Positions 1-30,510 are shown, counted from the first letter of the stretch. The stretch is 64,000 nt of DNA from Chrysomallon squamiferum (GCA_012295275.1 CM022671.1:7006001-7070000), one strand, 5' to 3'. Numbers and translations are program-made. The notes: generated by a model from the letters alone, not told the origin.

Positions 1-722
1 ACGACATCACGGTTACAACAGTGTACACATCACGGTTACACAACACATCACAACGGTTACGACATCGACATCGGTTACACAACACGGTTCATATTACAAC
101 AGTGTACGACATCACGGTTACACAACACTACGATATTACAACAGTTACGACGACATCACGGTTACGCAACAGTGTACGATATCACGGTTACACTTCATGT
201 TACAAAAGTGTACGACATGTTACAACAGAGTAGTGTACGATATTAGATCACGTTTACACAACACTGCATGTTACAACAGTGTACTACATCACTGTTACAC
301 AACACCGCATGTTACAACAGTGTACTAGATCATCACGGATACTGCAACAACCGCACAACAGTGTACGACATCACAACATGTTACAACAGTGTACTAGATC
401 ACGTTTACATAACACAGCATATTACAACAGTGTACGCCATCACGGTTACACAACACTGCATGTTACAACAGTGTACGACATCACGGTTACACAACACAGC
501 ATATTACAACTGTGTACGCCATCACGTTTACATAACACTGCATGTTACAACAGTGTACGACAGCTTTCTGAGTGGCCCGCCTAAATGTCCCATTTACACT
601 GTAAATTAGTACCTGCGGCCCGCCTGAGCATGAGCCATGTTTCAAATGGCCCGCTTTTCGAAAAAGGTTGCCCATGCCTGATGTACGATATCACGTTTAC
701 ACAACACCGCATGTTACAACAA
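1..722. repeat. Degenerate minisatellite (units built from ACAACAGTGTACGACATCACGGTTAC-like motifs)
   Basis: The motifs gttacaacagtgtacga and catcacggttacacaacac recur many times. The ORFs at 21-609 are just repeat translations. Confidence 0.9.
561..680. mobile_element. Short hAT-like non-autonomous element fragment inserted in the minisatellite
   Basis: Non-repeat 120 bp block starting CAG and ending AAAAAGGTTGCCCATGCCTG. It is flanked by gtgtacga (553-560) and atgtacga (681-688), a 7/8 match to an 8-bp target site duplication with central TA. Confidence 0.55.
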
Positions 723-754
723 TGTTAGAATATATATATATATATATATCCCAC

Positions 755-985
755 TTCATTAACAGTATTACATCAATTTAAAATGTCACAAGTAACTACG
801 TTTTAAAAGTGACATTTCCATAATTTAGCAGTAATAAAATATGCTGAATGATTATTTCCGTGTCAAAAAAACACGTTCAGTGCTCGATACAGTGAATCTG
901 TTCAGTCTAATGACGTGCATGTGTACATTTACTGCCATGTTAATAATCTTTGAATTTTTAAAATATCAACGCTGTGTTATGACAA
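755..985. repeat. Dispersed repeat, second copy at ~3050-3180
   Basis: ttcattaacagtattac...ttttaaaagtgacatt...atttagcagtaataaaat...gctgaatg matches ttcattagcagtattac...tttaaaagtgacatt...atttagcagtaacaaaat...gctgaatg at ~3050-3150. Confidence 0.7.
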
Positions 986-1509
986 ACATACGCGCGCATA
1001 CGCGCGCACACGCGCACACACACACACACACTCACACAATACATATCACACCTGGATCAAATACTGATCAAAATGGATTAGAAAATTTAACTCTGTTAAT
1101 ATTATTAAAGGCTATTTATTTATTTATTTATTTATTTTATTTTATTTTATTTTATTTATTTACTTTTTGAGTAATATTTCATTTATATGTGGAATACAAG
1201 TGCTTTTTTTCTAAAATGAAGGCCATTATAGAACGAACTTTATGCAAAAGAATTTAAAACAGAAGAAGAATTACTCTTTTGGTTAATGGATTTTTGTGTG
1301 TATCAAATATTTATTGATTTTTTTTTTTTGTCCCTCTTTTACGTACGAAAATATGTGTATAGATGTGTGTGTGCGTGCGTGCGTATATGTGCGTATTTAT
1401 ATATGTTTATGTATTAATGTGTATGTGTGTGAAGGTGTGTATATGGGGTTCTTCATGAATATGTGTTATATGAGCACAGGGGTGGATTTATAAGGGGACA
1501 GGGGCAATA

Positions 1510-2302
1510 CCGTATATACTTGTGTATAAGTCGAATTTTTGGGAGACTATATTAAGGTAATATTTTGGGGGTCGACTTATACATAGGTAATGCTTTTGTA
1601 GCTGTTGCTGAAGAGTCGCCATTTTGACTATTTTTTGCTACGGGATGCATCTAAAATAATCGCGGTCTTTCAGCTTTTCAAAAATATAATTTTATCGTAT
1701 AAAAAATTTTGAAAAATTAAATAACAAAACCAAATATGAATGTAAAACATGATATTTTTCCGTTTAATGACATAAAATTACATTTTAAAGCGAGAAAACC
1801 GTCAGTACGGCGTTATGCCTTACGGCGTCTTGCAATGATCTAGGAATGCAGACTTCTCTGCCAAATTGCACTAAATATCGGTCCTAATTTCATAAACAAA
1901 ACTCACTTGTTTAATTGTAAAGAATTTGGTGAAATAATATTGCAATCGTCATTAATATCCACTACCGACAAATTTTGTAAATCATAGAACGGCTAAATAT
2001 AACGGTAAGTTAGGTCTCCATGTTACACCTATTACATTAAAGAGATACTATTTATGATACATTTAGGCTATAGCTCGTGTAATACATGCATTTACTTTAT
2101 TATGGTATGTTCGTGCAAGTTAAGTTACAGTAGGCGTACAATGTAGGCCTTCATGGCACTGTCACACTGGTCTAAAAATAGTGACGGTGCCTGGAATCTA
2201 CAGTCGACTTATACACAAGTAATACCTAAAATGACGCAATTTTTGGTCTTAAACTACACATCGACTTATACATAAGGTCGCCTTGTACACAAGTATATAC
2301 GG
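1510..2302. mobile_element. Tc1/mariner-superfamily (Tc2/pogo-like) MITE, 793 bp
   Basis: Terminal inverted repeats CCGTATATACTTGTGTATAAGTCGA and TCGCCTTGTACACAAGTATATACGG, flanked by TA on both sides (1508-1509, 2303-2304). Internal TCGACTTATACA sub-terminal repeats at ~1572, 2204 and 2261. No transposase ORF. Confidence 0.88.
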
Positions 2303-2366
2303 TAATAATAATAATAATAGTAATAGTAATAATGGTTATGATGATAATGATGTGTCTCTGTATATC

Positions 2367-2398
<32 letters not shown>

Positions 2399-3871
2399 CG
2401 TATATATATGTATGTATTTATGCATGAATGTATGTCTATACATGCATGCATATGTATATGTAGGCATATATGTATGTATATATATATTTGTGTATATACA
2501 TGGTGGTTGTTATAAATAATACAGAAATTAAAAATGATATATTTTTTTGACAAATGTTTATTACGAATATAAAACTTACAGCATATGTTACACACAAAAT
2601 TGTCGGTTTGAGAAAACCAATAAATAAACAAAAACGTATAAAAAAGTAATAATAAAATAAAATAAGATGAAAATAATAAAATAATAATAATAATAATAAT
2701 AAATAAATAAATAAATAAATAAATAAAAAAATAAATAAAAAAAAAAAAAAAATAAATAAACAAGTAAATAAATAAATAACATTTAATGAACAAATAAAAA
2801 TGATCATTCCTTTTTTCGATTTCTCTTCACCACCAGTTCTTGTTACCTGGAAAAAAAAACAGTTTTAAAATTAAAACAATGATAAGACTCATACGCTAAA
2901 TACAGCTATGGCCAGATTAAATATGTGCGGAGCTGTAGCAACTTAAATATTTTTTCTTTTTCTTTTTAATCAGCCCTAAATAAAAATAAAAATAAAAATA
3001 AAAATAAATAAATAAATAACATATCAATATTAAAACAAATGTCCGACATTTCATTAGCAGTATTACTTACATCAGCTTCAAATGTCAAAACTAACTGAAG
3101 TTTAAAAGTGACATTGTCTAGATTTAGCAGTAACAAAATAATCGCTGAATGTTTAAAACATCAACACTGTGTTGATATACGTGTGTTTTATACTTTAAAT
3201 TACGTGTATAGATATTACAGCCAACTTTGAGGTTGCTGTGTTTTTATTTTGTGTACTACACACACATACACACACAAACACACAAAATGCACACGCAAAT
3301 ACATCCCCAACCAAATACGCACGCATTCACACACACAGGCATACAGACACACAGAAACATCGTAAGAACATGTCACATCCATAGCTGCATCGTAACTCTG
3401 GCATATATGTAATATACATACATCATACGTATTATATATATTCATAACACATATAATATACGTACATTGCACATACAATACACATATATAGAGCGTATTA
3501 GAGATATACAATACATAAGTAATTTAAAATTTCACTCATATAGCAAGAATGAGTCATTTATGTAACATATAAGTACACACACCAAACTCGTCACATGCAC
3601 GTCCCACATGTAAAATACAAATACATCAAACGTGTCAAACAAACGTCACATACATATCAAACACATAACACACGTACATCAAACGCATACAGACATATAT
3701 CAAACATAACACACACATATCAAACACATAACACATATATACGAAGCACAAAACATATATACATTAATATATATATCAAACAAATAACATACACACATCA
3801 AACAAATAACACACATATGTCAAACACACAACATACATATATCTGACATACAAAACATGTAAATTTTGCAC

Positions 3872-5186
3872 TCACACTTCATCTTCCACTTCCTCGTTGG
3901 CTAGAAGTGCTGCGGCACTTCTGTTCTCGGGTATGTGCTGTCTTGTGGCGGCGCTGTGTTCCGGAGATCGCCGATTAAACAAATCGTATCTGGGATTTGG
4001 CGTCAACGCTTGTCTGATTTTATCTTCAGCGTTAGCCTTTGTCAGCGTTTTCAACAGTTAAGTCAGTATTTCCAAACTTGGACAGTTCCAAAGCACTATG
4101 ACGTAAGTTCTGACAATAAATGACGTCATTGAAACCAGTGAAGTCTACATGCCAGCGCCTCAGTCCGATATCGTACTCTTCGACCCTCTCAAATCTGTGG
4201 CCCCAGAGGATTTCTTTGGGGGTGTAAGAGGTCCGCGCCTGGCAGCACTCGCCGGTTGCTTCAACGGTTCCCTCCAGGAAGACGAGGATTTCGAAATTCT
4301 CTGACGAAAGAGCTGCGGGTTTGATGTCCCAGAGCGGACTCTCCTTCGTGATTCGATGCGTCAGAATTAAAGGCCAGAGCAGGAAAATTCGATCACCCAT
4401 CCCGTTCACTTCAATCTCCAGTTCGTGCTGAAACAGAGGGTAGCTGTAACCTTCTTCAGTCTTCTGTCTCCGAACCACCATTCCCGTCACGTGAGCATCC
4501 GACGAGGTGACTTTTTCTCAAGTCTCCAACGCGGACTTGCAGACAAAGAGGCCTCCGTTCTCCTGGCAGACCACGGCGTGCTTGCTGAACATGATGGTGT
4601 TAGCCCGGTACTTGGGTCGCGCCAGTTTGACGAAGATAAAACCCAGAAGGAGAGTTTCTAGGAAAAAGCCAATGGTCACCTGCAGGTAGATGAGCGGAAG
4701 ACTTCCCACACACTCCGCGTTCGGATACGCGAAGCCGTAGCCTATTGTAGTCTGCGTTTCTATCGAGAAGAGCAGAGCGGCCGGGAACGAGGTAATTCCC
4801 ATGAGACACGGTTCGTGGTTGGGGTTGCCGATGTTGTCAAAGTCACCATTGTTGAACGCCATCCACCACCAGAGGAAAGCAAATACGACATAACTGACTA
4901 AGAAAACGTTGAAGAGGACAGCGACAGCGTAGAGCCAGGGGAGGTCGATGAGGGAAATGTAGATGTCAGACAAGTATCTGCGTCTGAACTCCCCCAGTCC
5001 CCTGTAGTCTATTCTGTAACCTCCGCTCTTCTTTATCAGTGCATTCCTCTTTTCTTCCGCGTCCTCACCCCGGCAGCACAACACAGTCTTGAGAAAACTC
5101 GCAAATCTGCTTTTTTTCTTTTTCCTCTCCAACTTGATGCTATCTAAAACGTAGGAAGGCTGGTCTTCAGTGAACTCCATGTTCAT
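3872..5186 (-). CDS. Inward-rectifier potassium channel (Kir/KCNJ family), essentially single coding exon, interrupted by three small insertions
   Basis: Kir motifs: YLSDIYISLIDLPW, TM1, PC, ALLFSIETQTTIGYG, TM2, KLARPKYRANTIMFSKHAVV, IFLLWPLILTHRITKESPLW, FEILVFLEGTVEATG..CQARTSY..EILWGHRF. The ORFs 4518-5186 and 4032-4490 share a frame, and the conserved CLQVRVGDLRKSHLV lies in another frame between them. The C-terminal tail is in ORF 3872-4054. Confidence 0.93.
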
Positions 5187-6439
5187 ACTGACGAGGTTCT
5201 TTCTTCTCGCTTTCAGTTGTCAATACGACGAACTGTAACTGAAACGTTTCAGCACAGGAACGATTCAGCCATGTAAGAAATAACCCGCAGCGGTCCCGTT
5301 AGAACCTGTCACTCGATAGATAGACAGTGACGCTAAGCAAAGTCGTGAAAGACAAATGCTGTTAGGTAAAAATAAGTAACAAGTGACAGCTATTGTTCTT
5401 TAGAACGCTCGTTATGTTTAGCCTGAAGTCACAGCCGTGAGGCTCAGTAAAACATGATTGGCAATTACGACGTGAGGTAATTAATGTCGGTAGGTGCGGA
5501 GAAAACGATTAGAAACGTGACACGTTTAAAGTCTGCTCGGTTCATAAATCTCCTCAAAGAAACTGAATCTTAACCGCGTACTCGGTGCTCGGAAGCAGCG
5601 ACATCAGCAGCAACAACGCCAATAAGAAATAAAATAGTTAAAGCAACAAACGACAAAAATCGCTTCATTTTGTTTTGACATATTTTATTTTAAATTAGCA
5701 TATTAAACTTTTTTGTTTCTCTTTCTTCTTCTTAAAAATAAATAAATAAATAAAATATAAAATTGTTGCTGCAGTTTACGGAATATAACTCCACTATGTT
5801 TGAAAATTCAGTTCACCTGTCAAGTGTTTTGTTTTAACTAAATATATTAACTTCTATTAATTTTCTACCATATCTGAGATAGTTAGATATAAAATAAATA
5901 AAATAAAATAAAATAAAATGAAATAAAATAAAATAAAATAAAATAAAATAAAATAATGTAAAATGTCGGAATGCTATTAGTTTTGTTAATATAAAATACT
6001 GTACATTTTTAAACTTCTTCCTATTTCATAAAAAAATTACTTGTTTAATTGTCGTCTTTATTTCTCTCTGTTTGTATATACCTCCTGTAAAAATATATAC
6101 ACACATTACAAAAATATTCACACATACATGCATACATTAAAAATATATATAGACGCATACATACATACATTAAGAAATGTATACACATATAGATTTAAAC
6201 AAATATAGATTTAAACAAATCTATACACACACATACATTAACGGAAATAACACGCATACACACACACACATTTAGAAAATAAATTAACACATACATTCAT
6301 ATAAAAACATCATCGCAAGTTTTATAAATTTGACAATTCTCATCGCGTACACGTTAAAATATCACAGCAAAAAATAGACTTATTTGTGCATATTTGTAAA
6401 GTTCATTAAAATATCGGTTGTCTGATGATGTCCAAACAG

Positions 6440-23920
<17,481 letters not shown>

Positions 23921-24505
23921 TTTCAGACGTTCATCGCTTAACCCGGTTTGTTGTGACAAAGTTGATCATTCTCCGGCGGTGCGCGACATTCAGTTTACTC
24001 TTGTTTACAAAGTGTCTTCACAATACAATACAATGATACTTCGAGATCGCAGTGAAACTGCTGTGTGTGGTTCAATGAATAGCCCTGCTCCATGGAAACA
24101 GGTAAACATCGACGTAGTGTGGTTATGGGTAGCCTGTTAATTGATCCCAGGGCCGGTTTATTGAGTGAGGAGAGAGTTATATAAAGCTGCCCAAAGCTTT
24201 TCGGTTTAGCAAATTAGCGATTGCATTGTGAACACAGTCTTACACGGTCAATCGCCGTACAGAAATAACTGGCTTTCGTAACACGGAGAAAGCCGCAGAA
24301 GCAAATAAACAAACACATCCGAGTGAAAATAAACAGCGTCTTTTGTAGATAAAACGTCGCTTATAACCATCGCAGTTGACATTTAATTATAAAGATAAAC
24401 ATGTTTTAAAACTGACGTGTTTTATAATCAACCGTGTTCTACAAAATGATGGATACAATTTTTCAACAATTTATTTATTTTTTGTTATTATTATCATCAT
24501 CATTA

Positions 24506-24559
<54 letters not shown>

Positions 24560-25150
24560 GATGTTTTTGTTGTTTTTTTTAGTTGTTGTTTTTTTGTTGT
24601 TGTTTTTTTTTTTTTTTTTTTTTTTTTTACAGATGATGCATTTTAGAAACAATGTTTTTACATATAATGTGTGATATAATGTGTTTAGAAATAATATATT
24701 TTATAAAACACAGTGGTTTGCATAACTGAAAAAGCGTATTTTGAAAAGGGCTTAAAGAAAATATGAAACATTTAATGAAAATGGCAAAAAAAATAATAAT
24801 AATAAAAGAAACAAAAAAGGGTGAAACTCTGAGAATGTCGTAAGCTGTTTTGCACAATTAATAAAATTTCTTTGGTTCTTTACTGTTGAATGTCGATGAT
24901 TTTACAACTAATTAGATTTGTGATCATGAAGCAATAGTTAATCACTTTCAGTCTGCGCATCAAACCCAGTTTTGACAAAGACGAAGCAAAGATTCTATGC
25001 AGCTGAACTGTTCATGTCCTGAATTTTACAAATAATAATAAAAAAAAAACCTGTTTTAAAAACAAAATATTTGTTTATTTTGTCATTTTGTTAAAATTCC
25101 ATATTAATGATATATAGAGTATATAATTTAAAAAAAGAAAGAAGGGAATA

Positions 25151-25214
<64 letters not shown>

Positions 25215-26446
25215 GTAATAATTATGATAATAATAATAATGATTATGGTTATCGTTATAACAATTAGGTTAAACAAAAAAAATGAAGAAGAAGAATTAAT
25301 TTAAATCAATTTAATTTGTCGAAATTTATATATTAGTAATAATGCATATATAATAAAGATTATGACTAAAATAGATTAATTAGCACAGTTGTGAAGAGTT
25401 TCACTATTTATTTAAAACAAAGTTTCAAACAGCATTTCGTCATGTTTCGCTGAATACACGAAATTTAACAAGCTCTGTTCGAATCATAATATTAGACCTC
25501 TTATTTTATTTTATTTTATTTTATTTTTATTTTTGTCGTAATAAAGTTTAAGCAATTTGGACATGAAGCTAAAAGCGGAATAGAGTTAAGTTAATATGTC
25601 TAATAAACTTTAAAAAATAATAAGTAATTTCTGGCATTGTTAAAATATATACACACGCAAAGTGAACATCACAAATCGAGAGAGATTCGATGATCCCCAA
25701 TCTTGTGCCAAATACAAAGAACTGATAATAACCATGCCTGAGATGGTGAAAACAGTTATAGTAATATATCATTTGGTCTAGCCAGCTTACAAAAAAAACA
25801 ATTAAAATAAATAAATAAAATAAAATAAAATTTTCAAAGGCCTACCTAGGCAGTTAAAATGTATGGTTATTTGATTAAACTGTCATTAATATAGTCATAC
25901 ATACTAATGTTGACCTGCATCCGTTTCCAGTAAGAAAACTGCGCACGAAATTACATTTTCTTCGTTAACAAGGTCAAGGTTCATTGTTGGATTTATTGGG
26001 ACAACCTGCGTACAGCTGACAAATAATTAAGTAGCAGTGCGGCAAACTGAACGTGAAAGAATTACGATTGTGACGTAGTGAATGGTGTTTGAAATGAATA
26101 AATAAATCAATAAATTAATTCATCAATTGAAAATGTTCTATTGCATCAACTCAGTTGGCTTAGTGGATAAGTGTGTCAGATATGTTAGTGTTATATGACA
26201 CAGTGTGCAAATGTCATATTACAAATATATCGGTGTTTATATAACACAGTGTACAAATGTTATAATAGAAGAATATTGGAGGTTATATAACTTTGTACAG
26301 ATATTATATTACGTAACACGATGGAGATATGTTTTATCAGAAATATATCAGTGTCGTGTAGCACACTATACAAATGTTACATTAGAAATACGTTACTATT
26401 CTACAACGCAATGCACAAACGTTTATATTCTAGAAATATGTTAGTG

Positions 26447-27410
26447 TTATGTTGCGCAGTTTACGACAGTTATGTTATTGTTTTGTAATTTCACCGCTGT
26501 TTTCACCAACACTTCGTTCGTTTCCTCTTTTCTGCTTGCACCAGCAGAGCTGTGTGGCTTCTTGCCCTCGCCGTGTTTTCCAAATATCGTCATCTCTCTT
26601 CTGAGGCTGTGATCGGTGGCCTCCATGTTCTGGTAGTAGCTGTCGAAGCTGGACGCGATGATTGCGATGGGAATGGATATTATGATGAGTCCCGCCACTG
26701 CGCAGGCTGAGCCGACCACTTTGCCCGGGAACGTCTTCGGGGCGTAGTCTCCGTAGCCGACGGTCGTCATGGTGATGATGGCCCACCAGATTCCGTCTGG
26801 GATGCTGGGGAACGTGTTGACCTTTCCGCAGCCTTCGGCGGCGAAGATGGCCGTTGCGAAGATGATGACGGCCATGGCGAGAGCCGCTATGAGGAGGGTC
26901 ATGTGACGACAGCTGCCTCGGAGGGTCAGGTACAGGACCTGCATTATCTTGTAGTGCTTGGCCAGGTGGAACATGCGGAACACCCGCAGACCGAAGCCGA
27001 ATCTGAGAACGTAAATCACCTCCTTGACTGCGTACAGCGTCTCCTCAGCATCGAAGCAGTTGCTCAGCAGAACCACCCAAATGTCGAAGAGGACGACGAG
27101 TTCTATGACGTTGAAGAATTGACAGACGAACTCTCTGACGGACGGACAGATGATTAGCTGGAAGGCGTACTTGAACGTGAAGAAAATGAGGCTGGCCACG
27201 TCAAGCCAGAAGAGAACGGGGTGCGGGTCGGTCATCAGCACCTTCATCATGTTCGTGTCGTCTGCTAGCGCCGTCCTGTTTGACTCCAGAGTGATCTCCC
27301 TTTCCTGTCTGAATGATGGATGAGTGTAGAGTAAGAAGACGATAATGGTTACCATGGAGAATGCAAGATTGATTAAATGCCATATCTGAAATAAAATTAA
27401 AATGAATGAA

Positions 27411-27457
<47 letters not shown>

Positions 27458-27491
27458 ACAAATAAATAAACAAACAAATAAATATATAAAA

Positions 27492-27522
<31 letters not shown>

Positions 27523-29038
27523 ACAAACAAATAAATAAATAAAAAATAATGAAACAAAAATATACATAAATAAATATTGAGAAAATAAATAAGAACAAAA
27601 ACAACGGTGACGACAGCAGCTAACAGTTTAAAAATATAAACTATTATAAGCACATAATATACACTGTATGAAGCACGTAATATAAACTATGTTAAACATG
27701 TAACATAAACTATATTAAATATACAATATATTAAGAACGTAATGTAAACTATATTAAATATGTAATATAAACTATGTTAAACATATAATTATAAACTATG
27801 TTAAACTAGTAGTATAAACTGTATTAAACTATATAATATAAACTTTATTAAACATGCAATATAAACTATGTTAAACACGTATTATAAACTATGGTAAACA
27901 TATAATATGAACTATGTTAAACCTGTAGTATAAATTTTATCAAACACGTAATATAAACTATGTTAAACATATAATATTAAACGTGTAGTGTAAACTGTAT
28001 TAAAACGTAATATAAAATATATTAAACATGTAATATAAACTATATTAAACATGTAATATAAACTATGTTAAACATATAATATAAACTATATTAAACATAT
28101 AATATAAACTATATTAAACATGTAATATAAACTATATTAAACATATATTATAAACTATGTTAAACATATAATATAAACTATGTCAAACTTGTAGTATAAA
28201 CTGTATTAAACACATAAGATAAACTATGTTAAACATGTAACATAAACTATTTTAAACACGTAATATAATTATGTTAAAAACGTAATATAAAATATGTTAA
28301 ACATATAATATATAGTATAAACTATGTTAAATATGTAATATAAACTATGTTAAACTATATAATATAAACTGTATTAAGTATACAATATAAACTATATTAA
28401 ACATGTAATATAAACTTTGTTAAACACGTAATATAAACGATGTTAAACATATAATATTAAACTTGTAGTGTAAACTGTATTAAAAACGTAATATAACATA
28501 TGTTAAACACGTAATATAAACTATATTAAATATGTAATACAAACTGTTAACTATCGGGTAAAAACTGTATTAACATGGATTATCGATTGTAAAAAATTAC
28601 CTTTGCGACTGCAGAATAATCCGGATGGGACACTGTTAACCACAGCCTTTGTCTGAAAGAGTTATTGTCTCCACAGGGAGCGATATTGTCTAAGGCCACT
28701 TTGACGATGTTGAAAATACGCATGTCTTTGAGATGGTGAAAGTAAGATTTCCAACAGCAGTCGGCTATAGCCTCTTCGGGTATCCCCCAGTAAAACAGCT
28801 CCGCCTTGATCGCTGACGGACACACGTTGGGTGGCAAGTGAAGATCCCCCGTCCTGTACAGATCTAAGATAAACGGAACGAGTTTGGCGTTCCTGTCGAA
28901 AAAGTACTCGTTGGTGCGTGGATTGTATTCGGGCGATGACGTGGTAAGCTGTGCCAGGCGGGTTCCAGGGTACCTTTGCAGTGTCTCTCGCTTCACCACA
29001 AAATGTTTGCCGGACGCGTTAATTCTGATCACATCCAT
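26447..29038 (-). CDS. Voltage-gated K+ channel, divergent Shaw/Kv3-like, two exons (28601-29038; 26447-27385), ~458 aa
   Basis: T1 domain (INASGKHF...YPGTRLA...EYFFDR...YRTGDLH) with the Zn motif HX5CX20CC typical of Shab/Shaw/Shal. Exon 2 has S1-S6 and the pore SIPDGIWWAIITMTTVGYGD. Phase-0 intron AAG|gtaatt...tttcag|ATA. Confidence 0.92.
27650..28575. repeat. ~22-bp AT-rich minisatellite (AATATAAACTATGTTAAACATGT) filling the Kv intron
   Basis: Dozens of degenerate tandem copies. Confidence 0.92.
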
Positions 29039-29599
29039 GCTGGATGTGGGGAAAGTATTTGCTGTGCTGATTCGTTAGGCAGAGTCTCAAGCGTCAGATT
29101 ATTGATTTGACAGACGTTTTCATTGTGTATGTTCTGTTTCAGATTGGTGGTTCTCCGTTTAGAGATGAATCTGCTGCAAAACGATTTCAGCGTTTTCTCA
29201 TCAACTGACACTGACGTTTCTGCTGTTATCGACGTCTTTTCCTGACATTTTCTTTTATTTCTCTCTCTCTCTGTCGTTCTCGTTCATTTCATTTTTCTCC
29301 TTATTGCTCGTCTCTTCGTTTCTTCTCGTGAGTTAGCTCTCTTCCTTTTTTTTTTTTTTTTTTTCTTGTCTTTCTCTTGTTTTGTTTTTCTATTGTTCTT
29401 TCCTGCGTGTGTCCTGTTTCTCTTCTGTCATATCTTTTCAATGTCATCATTTTCTTCTTTTTACTCTCATGCTTAAAAATTTCACTATCCTATAACGAAA
29501 CTTCATATGCACACACACACAACACACATACATCTCTATGTGTGTATATATGCCTAAATATGTGTTTTCATAAATGGTTAACTACCGACATACAACAAT

Positions 29600-30510
29600 T
29601 ATATGCAAATAAAAATCACACAGATGTACCGATGTACAAAACACATACATTCAAACGTAGACACAAATGTATAAAACACAGATGTATAAAATATACACAT
29701 GTAAAGACAAATATAGAAATGTGTATATAAAAAAAAAACATACATTCAAATATAGAGACAGTGATGTATAGAACACATATATTCAAACACGTGTATACAT
29801 ATGCAAAACATAGAGCCAAATTCAAACAAAAACATATACAAAACTCACACCTACCTAAATACGCAAACATATAAAACACATAGTCACAAATACAAATAGA
29901 CACACGTTCAAGCATAAAGATATATTTAGAAAAAACGCAAAAAAGCAAAAACATATTCAAACAAAGAGATACATAAAATACGTTAATTCGTATACTGTAA
30001 TATAAAATACACACAAGTAGATAAAGCAAACAGATATAAAAACATACACATACATATACGAAACATATAAAGATACACACTGATGCATAAAACATATACA
30101 CAAATATATAAAATATACATACAAATATATAAAAGACACAAATATATAAAACACAAATGTTGAAAATATCCACACAAATATATAAAACATCAGATATATA
30201 TAAAGTATGCACATAAATACATAAACATACACACTGATATACAAAACATATACACAGATATATAAAACATACACGCAAATATATAAAACATTCACGTAAA
30301 TATACAAAACATACAAATTGTTTTAAATATACAAATATATAAAACATATACACAAATATACAAAATATAAAACATAAAACATACAAAGATATAAAATATA
30401 CACACAGATATACAAAATATATACACAAAGATATAAAACATACACACAAATATACAAATCATACATACAAATGTATAAAACATACACACGGATATATAAA
30501 ACACGAACAC
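29600..30510. repeat. Low-complexity (ACATAT/ATAAAA) degenerate repeat
   Basis: Direct inspection; it produces the spurious C/V/Y/I-rich ORFs. Confidence 0.85.

Noticed and set aside
4490-4550. Stop-codon readthrough or selenocysteine at the in-frame TGA of Kir
   Set aside because: The conserved residues are in a different frame between two insertions, so readthrough would give a non-homologous segment. Indels explain it better.
24085-24190. RFX X-box-like CCATGGAAAC and a TATA-like element upstream of NWD
   Set aside because: Only a half-site matches, and similar motifs occur in exons and introns elsewhere in the window, so it cannot be supported without transcription-start data.
27386-27604. 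Hydrophobic N-terminus of the 385-aa Kv ORF
   Set aside because: It is an intronic (TTTA)n repeat upstream of the acceptor at 27386.
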